Positions 1 to 9,335 of a stretch of 24,000 nt of DNA are shown piece by piece. Source of the stretch: an uncultured Acidimicrobiia bacterium (lineage in GTDB: Bacteria; Gemmatimonadota; Gemmatimonadetes; Gemmatimonadales; GWC2-71-9); assembly GCA_964196605.1 (NCBI GenBank), contig CAXMUQ010000047.1, forward strand, positions 827 through 24,826, in the 5' to 3' direction. Made by a program: the position numbers and the translations under genes. The first letter of the stretch is position 1, and the number at the start of each line of letters is the position of its first letter. The notes beneath the pieces were generated by a model, which was not told the origin of the DNA, did no database searches, and saw only the letters and a program-made list of their open reading frames with translations.

Positions 1-2
1 CC

Positions 3-785
3 GGTCCTAATTCGACCAACGGCATGAGCTGCGCGTCGGGAACGATCGCCATTGGGGAAGCCTTCCGTGCCGTCCGGCGGGGAGATGCCGATGTCATGGT
101 GGCAGGCGGTGCCGAGGCTCCGCTGGCACCGCTGAGTTTCGGGGCCTTTGCCATTATCCGGGCTATGTCGACCCGCAACGACGACCCTGGATCGGCCAGT
201 CGCCCCTTCGACATCGGTCGCGACGGGTTCGTCATGGGTGAGGGCGCCGCCGTCCTGGTGCTGGAAGAGCGACAACACGCCGTGGCCAGGGGAGCGCCAA
301 CGTATGCCGAGGTGCTGGGCTTCGGAACCAGCAACGATGCCCATCACATGACCGCGCCCCGACCGGATGGCAGCCAGGCAGCACGGTCGATCCAGATGGC
401 GCTGGGCGATGCTGCGGTCAACCCTGGCGAGGTGAGTTACATCAACGCCCACGGCTCTTCCACACCACTCAACGATCCCACGGAAGTGGCTGCCATCAAA
501 CGGGTGTTTGGCGATTACGCCTTCCGAATTGCCCTGAGCGGTACCAAGGGCTACTACGGCCACGCGCTAGGCGCCAGCGGCGCCATCGAGGCGGCCATCT
601 GTGCCCTGGTGACAGCACGTGGGTGGCTCCCACCGACGGTCAACCTGACAACGCCCGATCCGGCATGCGATCTCGACATCGTCACCGGTCCGGGCCGTAT
701 AGCATCGCCATCCGTCACCTTGAGCAATTCGTTCGGCTTTGGCGGCATCAATGCCGCCTTGGTCTTCCGGCACCTGGACAGCTAG
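3..785 (+). CDS. fabF: Beta-ketoacyl-ACP synthase II (FabF-like), 3' partial, truncated by window start
   Basis: Frame is open from base 3 (GPNSTNGMSCASGTIAIG...). Catalytic Cys context GMSCASG, first His in YINAHGSSTPLND, second His in SGTKGYYGHALGASG, C-terminal SNSFGFGGINAALVF. Confidence 0.9.
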   Translation, partial: GPNSTNGMSCASGTIAIGEAFRAVRRGDADVMVAGGAEAPLAPLSFGAFAIIRAMSTRNDDPGSASRPFDIGRDGFVMGEGAAVLVLEERQHAVARGAPTYAEVLGFGTSNDAHHMTAPRPDGSQAARSIQMALGDAAVNPGEVSYINAHGSSTPLNDPTEVAAIKRVFGDYAFRIALSGTKGYYGHALGASGAIEAAICALVTARGWLPPTVNLTTPDPACDLDIVTGPGRIASPSVTLSNSFGFGGINAALVFRHLDS

Positions 786-858
786 GGGTTACGCCGTGTC
801 GCAAGTTCCTCTAGATTCGCGCGTCAATCGTTCATAACTCATAGTCTGAGGCACCCCA

Positions 859-1548
859 ATGGCTACACTCACGCGCCGTTTAGCTGCGGAGGCGCTCGGC
901 ACCTTCGGTCTCGTGTTCATCGGCAGCGCCGTCGTGGTGGTCAACGCGTTCCCCAATGGCGATTCCGGAATACTGGGGATAGCGGTCGCACACGCGTTCG
1001 TCCTTGCTATCATGATCACGGCCACCATGAACATTTCCGGAGGCCACCTGAATCCCGCCGTCACCCTTGGGCTCCTGGTGGCGCGGAAGATCGACCTGCG
1101 CACCGCCCTCCCCTACATTGCCGCCCAGCTCGCCGGCGCCGTGTTGGGAGCGCTGTTAGTCAAGTACGCCATCCCGTCGAACGTCGGCCGTATTCTGAGC
1201 TACGGTACACCAGTCATCGCCAGTTCCGTCACCATGGCGCAGGCCATCACCCTCGAGGCCGTGTTGACATTCTTCCTGGTCAGCGCGGTGTTCGGCACCG
1301 CCGTATCGCCAGAAGCTCCCAAGGTGGGCGGGTTCGGCATCGGCCTGGTGCTGCTGTTTGCTATCCTGGTAGGTGGCCCCCTCTCGGGAGCGGCGCTGAA
1401 TCCGGCGCGCGCCTTCGGCCCGGCCCTGGTGTCGGGCAATTGGTTGGGACAAGCAGTGTGGTGGGTGGGCCCACTGCTTGGTGGTCTTGCAGCGGGCGTC
1501 CTGTGGAAGTTGGTGCTCCTCCCACCGGAAAACACCCCAGAGAGCTGA
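859..1548 (+). CDS. aqpZ: Aquaporin / MIP family channel
   Basis: 229 aa, multiple hydrophobic segments. Both NPA boxes present: SGGHLNPAVTLG and GAALNPARAFGPAL. Confidence 0.9.
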   Translation: MATLTRRLAAEALGTFGLVFIGSAVVVVNAFPNGDSGILGIAVAHAFVLAIMITATMNISGGHLNPAVTLGLLVARKIDLRTALPYIAAQLAGAVLGALLVKYAIPSNVGRILSYGTPVIASSVTMAQAITLEAVLTFFLVSAVFGTAVSPEAPKVGGFGIGLVLLFAILVGGPLSGAALNPARAFGPALVSGNWLGQAVWWVGPLLGGLAAGVLWKLVLLPPENTPES

Positions 1549-1553
1549 ACGAG

Positions 1554-1586
1554 GAAGAGGGCCGGGAAACATCCCCGGCCCTCTTC
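1554..1586. terminator. Bidirectional hairpin between convergent aquaporin and ccm genes
   Basis: Perfect 13-bp inverted repeat GAAGAGGGCCGGG (1554-1566) - 7-nt loop - CCCGGCCCTCTTC (1574-1586), directly after the aquaporin stop (1548) and 17 bp from the opposing stop (1603). No strong T tract on either side. Confidence 0.7.
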
Positions 1587-1602
1587 ACGGCGTGTTGCTT
1601 GA

Positions 1603-1719
1603 CTATCGGTCCTTGCGAAGGGCGCGCAGCCCCTTGGTGAGCAGACTCCCACCGTACAGGAGGTAGACCACCGCGGCCACGACGTAGGCCGCAATCATGT
1701 AACTGGTATTTTCCGGCAT
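1603..1719 (-). CDS. ccmD: CcmD-like small membrane protein (38 aa)
   Basis: Translation by eye: MPENTSYMIAAYVVAAVVYLLYGGSLLTKGLRALRKDR*. Single transmembrane segment with basic C-terminus. The ATG lies 1 nt past the ccmC stop (TGA C ATG). Confidence 0.6.
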   Translation of the reverse strand: MPENTSYMIAAYVVAAVVYLLYGGSLLTKGLRALRKDR

Positions 1720-1720
1720 G

Positions 1721-2416
1721 TCAGTTCTCCTCGTCGCGTTCAGCCACGGCGTGCCGGGCCAGACCGTAACGCAGCACTACGAACCCCAAATACAATACCG
1801 AAGCTGCCAGAAATCCAAGCAGCAGGGTCCGCAGCATCACCGGAGGCAAAGAGGGAGCAGACGCCTTGAGAACGATGGGCTTGGGGTGCAGCGTCCGGAA
1901 CAGGTAGACACTAAGATGGATGAAGGGCACCAACACCATCCCCATTATCCCCACGACAGCCGAAAACCTGGCCCGTTCGGCCGGGTCATGGATGGCCGAA
2001 CGCAGTGTCATGTATCCCAGAAACAACAGGAACAGGATGAGCGTCAGCGTCAATCGCGCATCCCACGTCCACCAGGTACCCCAAATCGGCTTGCCCCAGA
2101 TGGGTCCGGTAGTCAACATGATGACGCTGAAGACCAGCCCGACTTCGGCCGAGGAGGCGGCGAACGCGTCGAGGCGTTCATCTCTGAGCCATAGGTAGAG
2201 AATGCTGACCAGCCCGACGATGGTGAACGCCATCATGGCGCTCCATGCCGCGGGCACATGTACGTAAAAAATCTTCTGGGCCGCGCCCTGCCTCACCTCG
2301 AACGGAGTGTAGACCAATGCCAGGACGTAGACGATCACCATTGCCGCCAGCCCCAGGGCGGTGAGGGCAAGACCCCATTTGATGATGCCACGACTGCCGC
2401 TGATAGTAGGCTTCAT
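1721..2416 (-). CDS. ccmC: Heme exporter / cytochrome c maturation protein CcmC
   Basis: Tryptophan-rich WGTWWTWDARLT motif in a multi-TM protein. Start chosen at MKPTIS (2416), giving an ATGA overlap with the ccmB stop. The track ORF extends to 2449. Confidence 0.9.
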   Translation of the reverse strand: MKPTISGSRGIIKWGLALTALGLAAMVIVYVLALVYTPFEVRQGAAQKIFYVHVPAAWSAMMAFTIVGLVSILYLWLRDERLDAFAASSAEVGLVFSVIMLTTGPIWGKPIWGTWWTWDARLTLTLILFLLFLGYMTLRSAIHDPAERARFSAVVGIMGMVLVPFIHLSVYLFRTLHPKPIVLKASAPSLPPVMLRTLLLGFLAASVLYLGFVVLRYGLARHAVAERDEEN

Positions 2417-3093
2417 TCGTCGACGACCGCCGGGAAAATTAGAACGCAAAGCGTAATGAACACCACGTCGTACAGAGCAAGAATTCTAAGCCAGCCAATC
2501 ATTTCACTCAATGGACGGCCGGCCAAGAGACGGGTCGTCGTCTGTACCGCTCCGATGAGTGGCGGCACCATGAACGGCAGCAACAACATTGGTAACATCA
2601 ACTCCGAGAAGCGGGTTCGCACCGTCATGGCACTGAACACGGTTCCCACGGCCACGAAACCAATCGTCGCCAGTACCATGAGCCCAAGCAGTCCTGGCAG
2701 GACGCCCCAAACGGGCACGTTGAAGAACAGCACGAACAGCGGGAGCGCCACGGCCTCGACCATGCCGACGAACGCGAGGTTTGAGATCAGCTTGCCCACA
2801 TAGATGGCGCTGCGCGGAACCGGGGCCAGCAAGAGCCCCTCCAGCGCCGCGTTCTCCTTCTCCAGATTGAACCCGCGATTCAGCGTGATCATACCGGCAA
2901 ACGCGAAGGTAATCCACAACACGCTTGGAGCCAGCTCCGTGGTAGACACCAGCGACGCGTCGCGGGCAAAGTTGAAAACGATCAACACCAACGCGGCAAA
3001 CACCACAGCCGAAAGAATGGCCGTCTTGGTACGGACCTCGATGACGATGTCCTTTCCAGCCACCGCCGCAGCAACACGCAGCCAGCTACTCAC
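2413..3093 (-). CDS. ccmB: Heme exporter protein CcmB
   Basis: Multi-TM protein between ccmA and ccmC with GKDIVIEVRTKTAILSAVVFAAL N-terminus and FAFAGMITLNRGFNLEKENAALEGLLLAP. GTG start at 3093 overlaps the end of ccmA. The track ORF extends to 3150. Confidence 0.85.
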   Translation of the reverse strand: MSSWLRVAAAVAGKDIVIEVRTKTAILSAVVFAALVLIVFNFARDASLVSTTELAPSVLWITFAFAGMITLNRGFNLEKENAALEGLLLAPVPRSAIYVGKLISNLAFVGMVEAVALPLFVLFFNVPVWGVLPGLLGLMVLATIGFVAVGTVFSAMTVRTRFSELMLPMLLLPFMVPPLIGAVQTTTRLLAGRPLSEMIGWLRILALYDVVFITLCVLIFPAVVDE

Positions 3094-3802
3094 GCAGCCA
3101 ACTCTCGTACTCCGGCAGGAAGGCACCGAGCGAGGGCGGCGGGGACTCACGCATGACGACCGCGCCTTCGATCATCACCACCATGTGACTGGCGATGTCC
3201 CACACTTCGGCGAACTGGTGGCTGACCACTACGGCGCCGTGGCCCTCCGACCGGCGGCGGGCAAGCACATCCTGTATGTGCCTGGCAGCCGGGGCGTCGA
3301 GGCCGGTGAACGGTTCGTCCAGGAGAAGAATCTCAGGGTGCGCCATGAGCGCTCGCGCCAGCGCCACACGTTGCACCATCCCGCGGCTGAGCGACCGCAC
3401 CGGCTCATGGGCCTTGTGCTCGAGCCCAACATCGGCCAGCGCCTCCAGTGCCGCGGCCGGAGGCTCGGCCAAACCGTAGATTCGTGCGGCAAAGGCCAGG
3501 TTTTCTGAGGCCGTCAGATCGTCGTAGAGGAAGGACTGGTGGGAGAGCAGGCCGATCGGCCGGCGGACTTCAGGGTCGGTCGACTTCAAGTCTCGGCCCT
3601 TGACCACCACCTGTCCGGAGGTGGGCCGCACCAGACCGCCGAGCATGCGGAGTAGTGTGGTCTTGCCGGCGCCGTTGGGGCCGAACACAGCGACCAGGTC
3701 GCCGCTGCCTACGGTGACATCGACGCCGCGAACCGCCCGGGTATTTCCGAATCTACGCTCGAGCCCATGGGCTTCGAGTAGGGGGGCGTCAGCCCGCGGC
3801 AT
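3086..3802 (-). CDS. ccmA: Heme exporter ATP-binding protein CcmA (ABC transporter)
   Basis: Walker A FGPNGAGKTTLLR, signature SRGMVQRVALARAL, Walker B ILLLDEPFTGLD. Start near MPRADAPLLEAHGL (3802). The track ORF extends to 3847. Confidence 0.9.
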   Translation of the reverse strand: MPRADAPLLEAHGLERRFGNTRAVRGVDVTVGSGDLVAVFGPNGAGKTTLLRMLGGLVRPTSGQVVVKGRDLKSTDPEVRRPIGLLSHQSFLYDDLTASENLAFAARIYGLAEPPAAALEALADVGLEHKAHEPVRSLSRGMVQRVALARALMAHPEILLLDEPFTGLDAPAARHIQDVLARRRSEGHGAVVVSHQFAEVWDIASHMVVMIEGAVVMRESPPPSLGAFLPEYESWLRE

Positions 3803-4154
3803 CAATGGCAGAGCCCAGGTCGTCGAGGTCGAAAGGCTTGACGACATAGCCGGAATAACCCAGGTCGAGCACTTGTAGTTGGGGCTCGATACTCAGGTAA
3901 GCCGTGGTGATGATTACCGGGAGATCGGGATGCAACGAACGGATCTTTCGAAGCAGTTCGATGCCGTCGGTATCAGGTAACCGCATGTCGAGCACGAGGA
4001 CGTCCGGGGTGCCTGACTCCAGTTGGGCCATGGCGTCGGCGCCAGTGCCCGCGAAATTCATCTCGAATCGCGGTCGAAAGAAACGCTGGTAGCTGATTTG
4101 CAGGGCCTGCTCGTCTTCGACAAACAGGACGCGGAGTCGCTCGGACTTTGCCAT
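3789..4154 (-). CDS. Stand-alone response regulator receiver domain protein
   Basis: 121 aa with acidic pocket VEDEQ, phospho-acceptor VLVLDMRLPDTDG, T in ITTAY, and K in YVVKPFD. No output domain. Confidence 0.9.
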   Translation of the reverse strand: MAKSERLRVLFVEDEQALQISYQRFFRPRFEMNFAGTGADAMAQLESGTPDVLVLDMRLPDTDGIELLRKIRSLHPDLPVIITTAYLSIEPQLQVLDLGYSGYVVKPFDLDDLGSAIDAAG

Positions 4155-4246
4155 ATGGTGCCGTCGGTAGACGGGGACTGTGAACTACTTCGAATCCGGC
4201 AAGATAGCCCATGCCGAACCTCCTGAGAAGCCGAACGGCCTCAGCG

Positions 4247-4567
4247 TCAGCCTGCCGAGCTGGCCGGCGCGGACTCGAACAGTTCGTCCAATTTGGTCAG
4301 CATGAGAAGGAACCGAATTTCATCATTGGGGTTTGCCAGTGACACCGACAGGCGACGGTCTGCCGCGTGCCGTTGGATGAGCATGAGCGCCCCCAAACCG
4401 GCGGAATCCACCTTGGCGGTCTTGGCTAGGTCGATTACCAACCGCCCATAGCCTTCACGCATGCCGTCGAGCAACTTGATGGCGTCCTTTCGAACGCGAT
4501 CGCGGGTTTCAAGCCCCAGTGTTTCGGGCGCAGCGTATTGCTGTATTTTTGTGTACCCTGTGGCCAT
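4247..4567 (-). CDS. STAS-domain protein (anti-sigma factor antagonist-like)
   Basis: 106 aa with LVIDLAKTAKVDSAGLGALM, the typical DSxGLG phosphoacceptor segment. Confidence 0.8.
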   Translation of the reverse strand: MATGYTKIQQYAAPETLGLETRDRVRKDAIKLLDGMREGYGRLVIDLAKTAKVDSAGLGALMLIQRHAADRRLSVSLANPNDEIRFLLMLTKLDELFESAPASSAG

Positions 4568-4597
4568 CTAAACCTCCCATACCCGACCAGCATAGGA

Positions 4598-4649
4598 AAG
4601 AAGCGTGGCGTCACACGGGTTTCTTTCCGCCGTCGACGTCACGCTTCTT
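4598..4649 (+). promoter_or_regulatory. Long intergenic hairpin between divergent STAS and acs genes
   Basis: AAGAAGCGTGGCGTC (4598-4612) pairs with GACGTCACGCTTCTT (4635-4649): 15 bp including one G-U on + strand RNA, 22-nt loop. Confidence 0.55.
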
Positions 4650-4986
4650 CGCGTGGCCATCCACCTTCGGCACCGAGCTATCTCGACACCCGGTCGAGAC
4701 CTTTGGTTTTGCGGCCCGGATCACTCCGGGTGTGCTCTTATCGGGCGGCAAAAAATTTCAATTGTCCGCAGCCCTACGGACCGGGCCAACCATTGAGGCC
4801 AATTCGGGACCACAACAGGCAACCAACTCAGTCGCAACACGTTAGCCACTAAGAGTGAACTAAATCACCGAAAAGACCCGGGGCGGAACGCCAGCCGGTT
4901 CGGATTCTGCAAATCGCAGCCGCGCAACGGTCTGCACCGTAACGGTGGACTTCCCAAACTCTACGGGAAACGCTAACATCTGCGCC

Positions 4987-6930
4987 ATGACCAGCCAAAT
5001 CGACACCCTACTCGTAGAAACCCGCAGGTTTCCCCCGACAGAAGAATTCGCTGCACAAGCCAACGCAACCGACGCCACATACTCTGCAGCTGCAGAAGAC
5101 AGGGAAGCGTTCTGGGCCGAGCAGGCGGGCTTGCTTGACTGGATCGAACCGTGGCACACGGTGCTTGAGTGGACTCTCCCCCACGCAAAGTGGTTCCTGG
5201 GCGGCAAGCTCAACGTATCCAGCAACTGTCTTGACCGACACGTCGCGGGCGGGCGGGCCGACAAGGCCGCCATCATCTGGGAAGGGGAGCCGGGGGACAC
5301 ACGCACTTTGTCCTACGCGGAGCTGTCCTTAGAGGTCAACCGGTGCGCCAACGCTTTGCGAGATCTCGGAGTGGGCAAGGGCGACCGGGTCGCCATCTAT
5401 CTCCCGATGATCCCCGAAGCCGCCATCGCCATGCTGGCGTGCACTCGTATAGGTGCGGTGCACTCAGTTGTGTTCGGGGGATTCTCGGCCGAGTCGCTGC
5501 GGGATCGTATCAATGACGCGGAGGCCGTCGCGGTGGTCACCGCCGACGGTGGCTATCGCCGCGGCCAGGTGGTTCCGCTCAAGCAGTTTGCCGACGAGGC
5601 CCTGGAGGGTGCACCGTCAATACGCCACGTCCTGGTTGTCCGCCGGATCGGGGAAGATGCCGGTACCGAAATGCGCGAGGGGCGGGACTACTGGTGGCAC
5701 GATGTCGTCGACACCGCCTCCGCCGAGGCGGCACCGGAAACGATGGATGCGGAAGATCTCCTGTTCATCCTGTACACCTCCGGCACCACCGGAAAACCCA
5801 AGGGAATTGTACACACCACCGGGGGCTACCTCACCCAGGCTATCGCCACCACCAAGTACGTGTTCGACCTCAAGGACCAGGACGTGTTCTGGTGCTCGGC
5901 CGACATCGGCTGGGTAACGGGGCATTCGTACGTGGTGTACGGTCCGTTGGCCTACGGCGCCACGGTCGTCATGTATGAAGGATCCCCCGACTGGCCCGAC
6001 CGCGACCGGTTCTGGGCTATGTGCGCCAAGCACGGAGTGACGGTTTTCTACACGGCCCCCACGGCCATCCGTGCCTTCATGAAGTGGGGACCGGAGTTCC
6101 CCGCGCGGCATGACCTTTCGAAACTCCGGCTCCTGGGAACAGTTGGAGAGCCAATCAATCCGGAAGCCTGGATGTGGTACCACGAGCACATCGGACACGG
6201 CAACTGCCCCATCGTAGACACCTGGTGGCAGACCGAGACGGGTGGCTGCATGATCACACCGCTCCCCGGCGTGACCACCACCAAGCCAGGCTCTGCCACG
6301 GTACCATTTCCCGGCATCAGCGCCGAGTTGGTCGACGCGGACGGCAAGCCGCTCGAATCCGGTGGTGGATACCTGACCCTGACCGAGCCGTGGCCTGGGA
6401 TGCTACGCACCATATACGGAGACGACGACCGCTACTACGAGACCTACTGGAGCCGGTTTCCGGGTCGCTACTTTGCCGGCGACGGCGCCAAGCTGGATGA
6501 AGATGGCTACTGGTGGATTCTGGGGCGGGTAGACGACGTCCTGAACGTTTCAGGGCACCGCATCGGTACCATGGAAGTCGAGAGCGCCTTGGTCGACCAC
6601 CAGGCGGTGGCTGAAGCCGCGGTGGTGGGCAAGACCCACGACATCAAGGGCCAGGCCATTGCGGCCTTCGTCACCCTCAAGAGCGGACGAGAGGGCAGCG
6701 ACGACCTGGCGAAAGAACTCAAGCAACACGTAACCCAAAAAATCGGCGCCATCGCCCGTCCGGAGGACATCATCTTCACCGCCGATCTCCCCAAGACCCG
6801 CAGCGGCAAGATCATGCGGCGCCTGTTGCGCGACATTGCTGAAGGCCGAACCCTGGGCGACACCACCACCCTGGCCGACCCAGACGTGGTGAACATGTTG
6901 ATCGAGAAACACGAGGCGGCGGAAGGGTAG
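4987..6930 (+). CDS. acs: Acetyl-CoA synthetase
   Basis: AMP-binding signature [28 protein letters not shown], and C-terminal [15 protein letters not shown]. Start taken at MTSQIDTLL (4987). The track ORF starts at 4945. Confidence 0.95.
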   Translation: MTSQIDTLLVETRRFPPTEEFAAQANATDATYSAAAEDREAFWAEQAGLLDWIEPWHTVLEWTLPHAKWFLGGKLNVSSNCLDRHVAGGRADKAAIIWEGEPGDTRTLSYAELSLEVNRCANALRDLGVGKGDRVAIYLPMIPEAAIAMLACTRIGAVHSVVFGGFSAESLRDRINDAEAVAVVTADGGYRRGQVVPLKQFADEALEGAPSIRHVLVVRRIGEDAGTEMREGRDYWWHDVVDTASAEAAPETMDAEDLLFILYTSGTTGKPKGIVHTTGGYLTQAIATTKYVFDLKDQDVFWCSADIGWVTGHSYVVYGPLAYGATVVMYEGSPDWPDRDRFWAMCAKHGVTVFYTAPTAIRAFMKWGPEFPARHDLSKLRLLGTVGEPINPEAWMWYHEHIGHGNCPIVDTWWQTETGGCMITPLPGVTTTKPGSATVPFPGISAELVDADGKPLESGGGYLTLTEPWPGMLRTIYGDDDRYYETYWSRFPGRYFAGDGAKLDEDGYWWILGRVDDVLNVSGHRIGTMEVESALVDHQAVAEAAVVGKTHDIKGQAIAAFVTLKSGREGSDDLAKELKQHVTQKIGAIARPEDIIFTADLPKTRSGKIMRRLLRDIAEGRTLGDTTTLADPDVVNMLIEKHEAAEG

Positions 6931-6977
6931 GAAGAGCGGCGGCGGCGCCCCTCCGCGCTACGCAACTACCGCGCCCT

Positions 6978-8873
6978 CTACAGTTGAATCTGCGCACCCA
7001 ACTCCACCACTCGATTGGCGGGCAAGTCGAAGAACGCGGTCGCCGACTGGGCGTTGCGTGACTGAATGATGAACAGGCGCTTGCGCCAATACGCCAACTT
7101 TTCGTTTCCTTCCGGGAGCAACGTCTCTCTTCCCAAATAGTAGCTCGTTTCCATCGGCTTCAACTCGATGCCGTCGTCCTTGAGTCGGCGGATGATCTCC
7201 GGCACGGATGGGGTTTCCATGAATCCGTAGTGGGCGATCACCTGATAAAATCCCTGACCCAGATCGCTCCATTCCACTCGGTCGGCCGGGGCGACCGAGG
7301 GAATTTCCTCCGTCTCGACGGACATGAGGATGACCCGTTCATGCAATACTTTGTTGTGCTTGAGGTGGTGCAGCAGCACCGGTGAGGCGCCGAAGGTATC
7401 ATGGGTCATGAACACCGCGGCCCCAGGCACGCGCACGGGTTCGTTCTTGGTAATGTCGTCCAGGAACATCTGGATGGGCAGCGTTCGTTCCTTCAAGATG
7501 CCGGACAGCACAGTCCTCCCACGCTTCCACGTCGTCATGAACACGAACACACTCCCGGCAACCACCAGTGGGAACCAACCTCCCCGGGGAATCTTGATCA
7601 GATTGGCGGCCCAGAAGGAAAGATCGACGGCCAGTAGCAGAGCCCCGATGGCGGCGATCTTCCACACGGGCCAGTGCCACCGTTCGCGGGCAACCACACA
7701 CCACAAGACGGTGGTGATGGTCATGGTCGCGGTTACGGCCACGCCGTAGGTAGCTGCCAGGTTCGACGCCGATTGGAAACCCAACACCAGTCCGATGCAC
7801 GCCAGGGCCAGAAACCAGTTTACCTGGGGGATATATATCTGTCCGCTCTCGGTGCTCGATGTGTGCACGATGCGCATGCGGGGGATGTAGCCCAGCTGAA
7901 CCGCCTGCCGGGTGAGTGAGAACGAACCGGAAATGAGCGCCTGCGACGCGACCACGGCAGCAGCTGTGGCGAGCACGATCATAGGCCACAGGGCCCACGG
8001 CGGTACCAGTCCATAAAACGGGTTGGTAACCCTGGAAGGATCGGCCAACAACAAGGCCCCTTGGCCGAAATAGTTGAGCACCAGCGCCGGGAACACCGCG
8101 GCGAACCACGCCAGGCGAATCGGTCGCTTGCCGAAGTGCCCCATGTCGGCGTACAACGCTTCACCGCCGGTCACCACCAACACGACCACAGCGAAGATGA
8201 TGAATCCGTGCAAGCCGTGGTCGATGAAAAACGCCACGGCGTACCATGGGTTCAACGCCCAGAGCACGGCAGGCTCCCGGACGATGCCGCCGATCCCCAG
8301 TAGTGAAATGGCGATGAACCACACCAGGGTAATCGGCCCGAATACAGCCCCGACGCCGGCGGTCCCCCTGCTTTGAATGGCGAACAGCCCGACCAGGATA
8401 ACCAAGGCGATCGGGACAACCCACGACTCGAGCCCCGGAGCAGCCACGCTGAGGCCCTCCATGGCACCGAGCACCGAGATAGCGGGAGTGATGACTCCAT
8501 CGCCATATAGGAATGCGGCCCCGAATACGCCGAGCATGATCATCAACCAGCGTCTCCTGGTTGCATAGCGGTGGGGCCGAAGCAGCGCCAGCAGGGCCAG
8601 GACACCGCCCTCGCCCCGGTTGTCGGCCCGCATCATGAGCATGAGGTATTTGAAACTGATGATGAAATTCAGGGACCAGAAGATGAGCGACAACACGCCC
8701 AGAACATTGGCTGTCGTCAGGGCGACGCCGTAGGGTTCGTGAAACGCCTCCTTGATGGCGTACAAGGGACTGGTACCGATATCACCGTAAACCACCCCAA
8801 GAGCACCAAGCGATAGCGCCGCCAGTGCCTTCCCCTTGGGGGCGGATTGTTCCGATGCCGCACCTTGAGTCAT
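6978..8873 (-). CDS. kup: Kup-family potassium uptake protein
   Basis: 631 aa. N-terminal LSLGALGVVYGDIGTSPLYA, then YGDGVITPAISVL and LYADMGHFG. Confidence 0.95.
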   Translation of the reverse strand: MTQGAASEQSAPKGKALAALSLGALGVVYGDIGTSPLYAIKEAFHEPYGVALTTANVLGVLSLIFWSLNFIISFKYLMLMMRADNRGEGGVLALLALLRPHRYATRRRWLMIMLGVFGAAFLYGDGVITPAISVLGAMEGLSVAAPGLESWVVPIALVILVGLFAIQSRGTAGVGAVFGPITLVWFIAISLLGIGGIVREPAVLWALNPWYAVAFFIDHGLHGFIIFAVVVLVVTGGEALYADMGHFGKRPIRLAWFAAVFPALVLNYFGQGALLLADPSRVTNPFYGLVPPWALWPMIVLATAAAVVASQALISGSFSLTRQAVQLGYIPRMRIVHTSSTESGQIYIPQVNWFLALACIGLVLGFQSASNLAATYGVAVTATMTITTVLWCVVARERWHWPVWKIAAIGALLLAVDLSFWAANLIKIPRGGWFPLVVAGSVFVFMTTWKRGRTVLSGILKERTLPIQMFLDDITKNEPVRVPGAAVFMTHDTFGASPVLLHHLKHNKVLHERVILMSVETEEIPSVAPADRVEWSDLGQGFYQVIAHYGFMETPSVPEIIRRLKDDGIELKPMETSYYLGRETLLPEGNEKLAYWRKRLFIIQSRNAQSATAFFDLPANRVVELGAQIQL

Positions 8874-8879
8874 GGAATA

Positions 8880-9335
8880 TCAGGAGGGGAGCGTTGCAAC
8901 CGGCTCGCCGTGACCAGGAGCCAGCCGCCTGAAATCCAGCAGCGAGGCCACGAAGACCACCATGATGATGACGGCCGAGGCGACACACCAACGGCAGATG
9001 GCGTGGATTACCATCACTTCGAGTGCGGTCAGGTAGAGGGCGAACGCAACGCCCAAGCCAGACATGGCTACGAGAAGGAGCGACACACCGCGCCGGCCCA
9101 CTAAAGGCGGTTGCAAACCCACCATGGCGACCAGAAACAGCCCCAAGTATCCCAGCAGACCGATCAGCGACACCTCGACACCGAGAAAACTAGCCCACTC
9201 GCTCGTCTGCACCGTCTCACAGCCCCCTGTGCCACACGCCATTGTGCCGATCTTGCCGATTTTGTACAGGAACAGGTAGCTAGCGATCAACATTCCCACC
9301 ATACTCAGGAAGGCAGCCACCATCCGATACTTCAT
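8880..9335 (-). CDS. Vitamin K epoxide reductase (VKOR) family protein
   Basis: 151 aa, four or more TM segments. Cys pair CGTGGCETVQTSEWASFLGV and C-terminal CxxC in HAICRWCVAS. ATGA overlap with the upstream DsbA-like gene. Confidence 0.88.
   Translation of the reverse strand: MKYRMVAAFLSMVGMLIASYLFLYKIGKIGTMACGTGGCETVQTSEWASFLGVEVSLIGLLGYLGLFLVAMVGLQPPLVGRRGVSLLLVAMSGLGVAFALYLTALEVMVIHAICRWCVASAVIIMVVFVASLLDFRRLAPGHGEPVATLPS

Noticed and set aside
2258-2803. 181-aa + strand ORF antisense to ccmB/ccmC
   Set aside because: Ser/Thr/Arg-rich shadow frame opposite confidently assigned membrane protein genes.
4519-4845. 108-aa + strand ORF in the STAS-acs intergenic region
   Set aside because: No ribosome-binding site or protein-like composition. 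The same bases form strong inverted repeats, which better explains the region.
5617-6198. 193-aa - strand ORF antisense to acs
   Set aside because: Fully contained opposite the acs gene, no recognisable motif, and consistent with GC-driven spurious ORFs.
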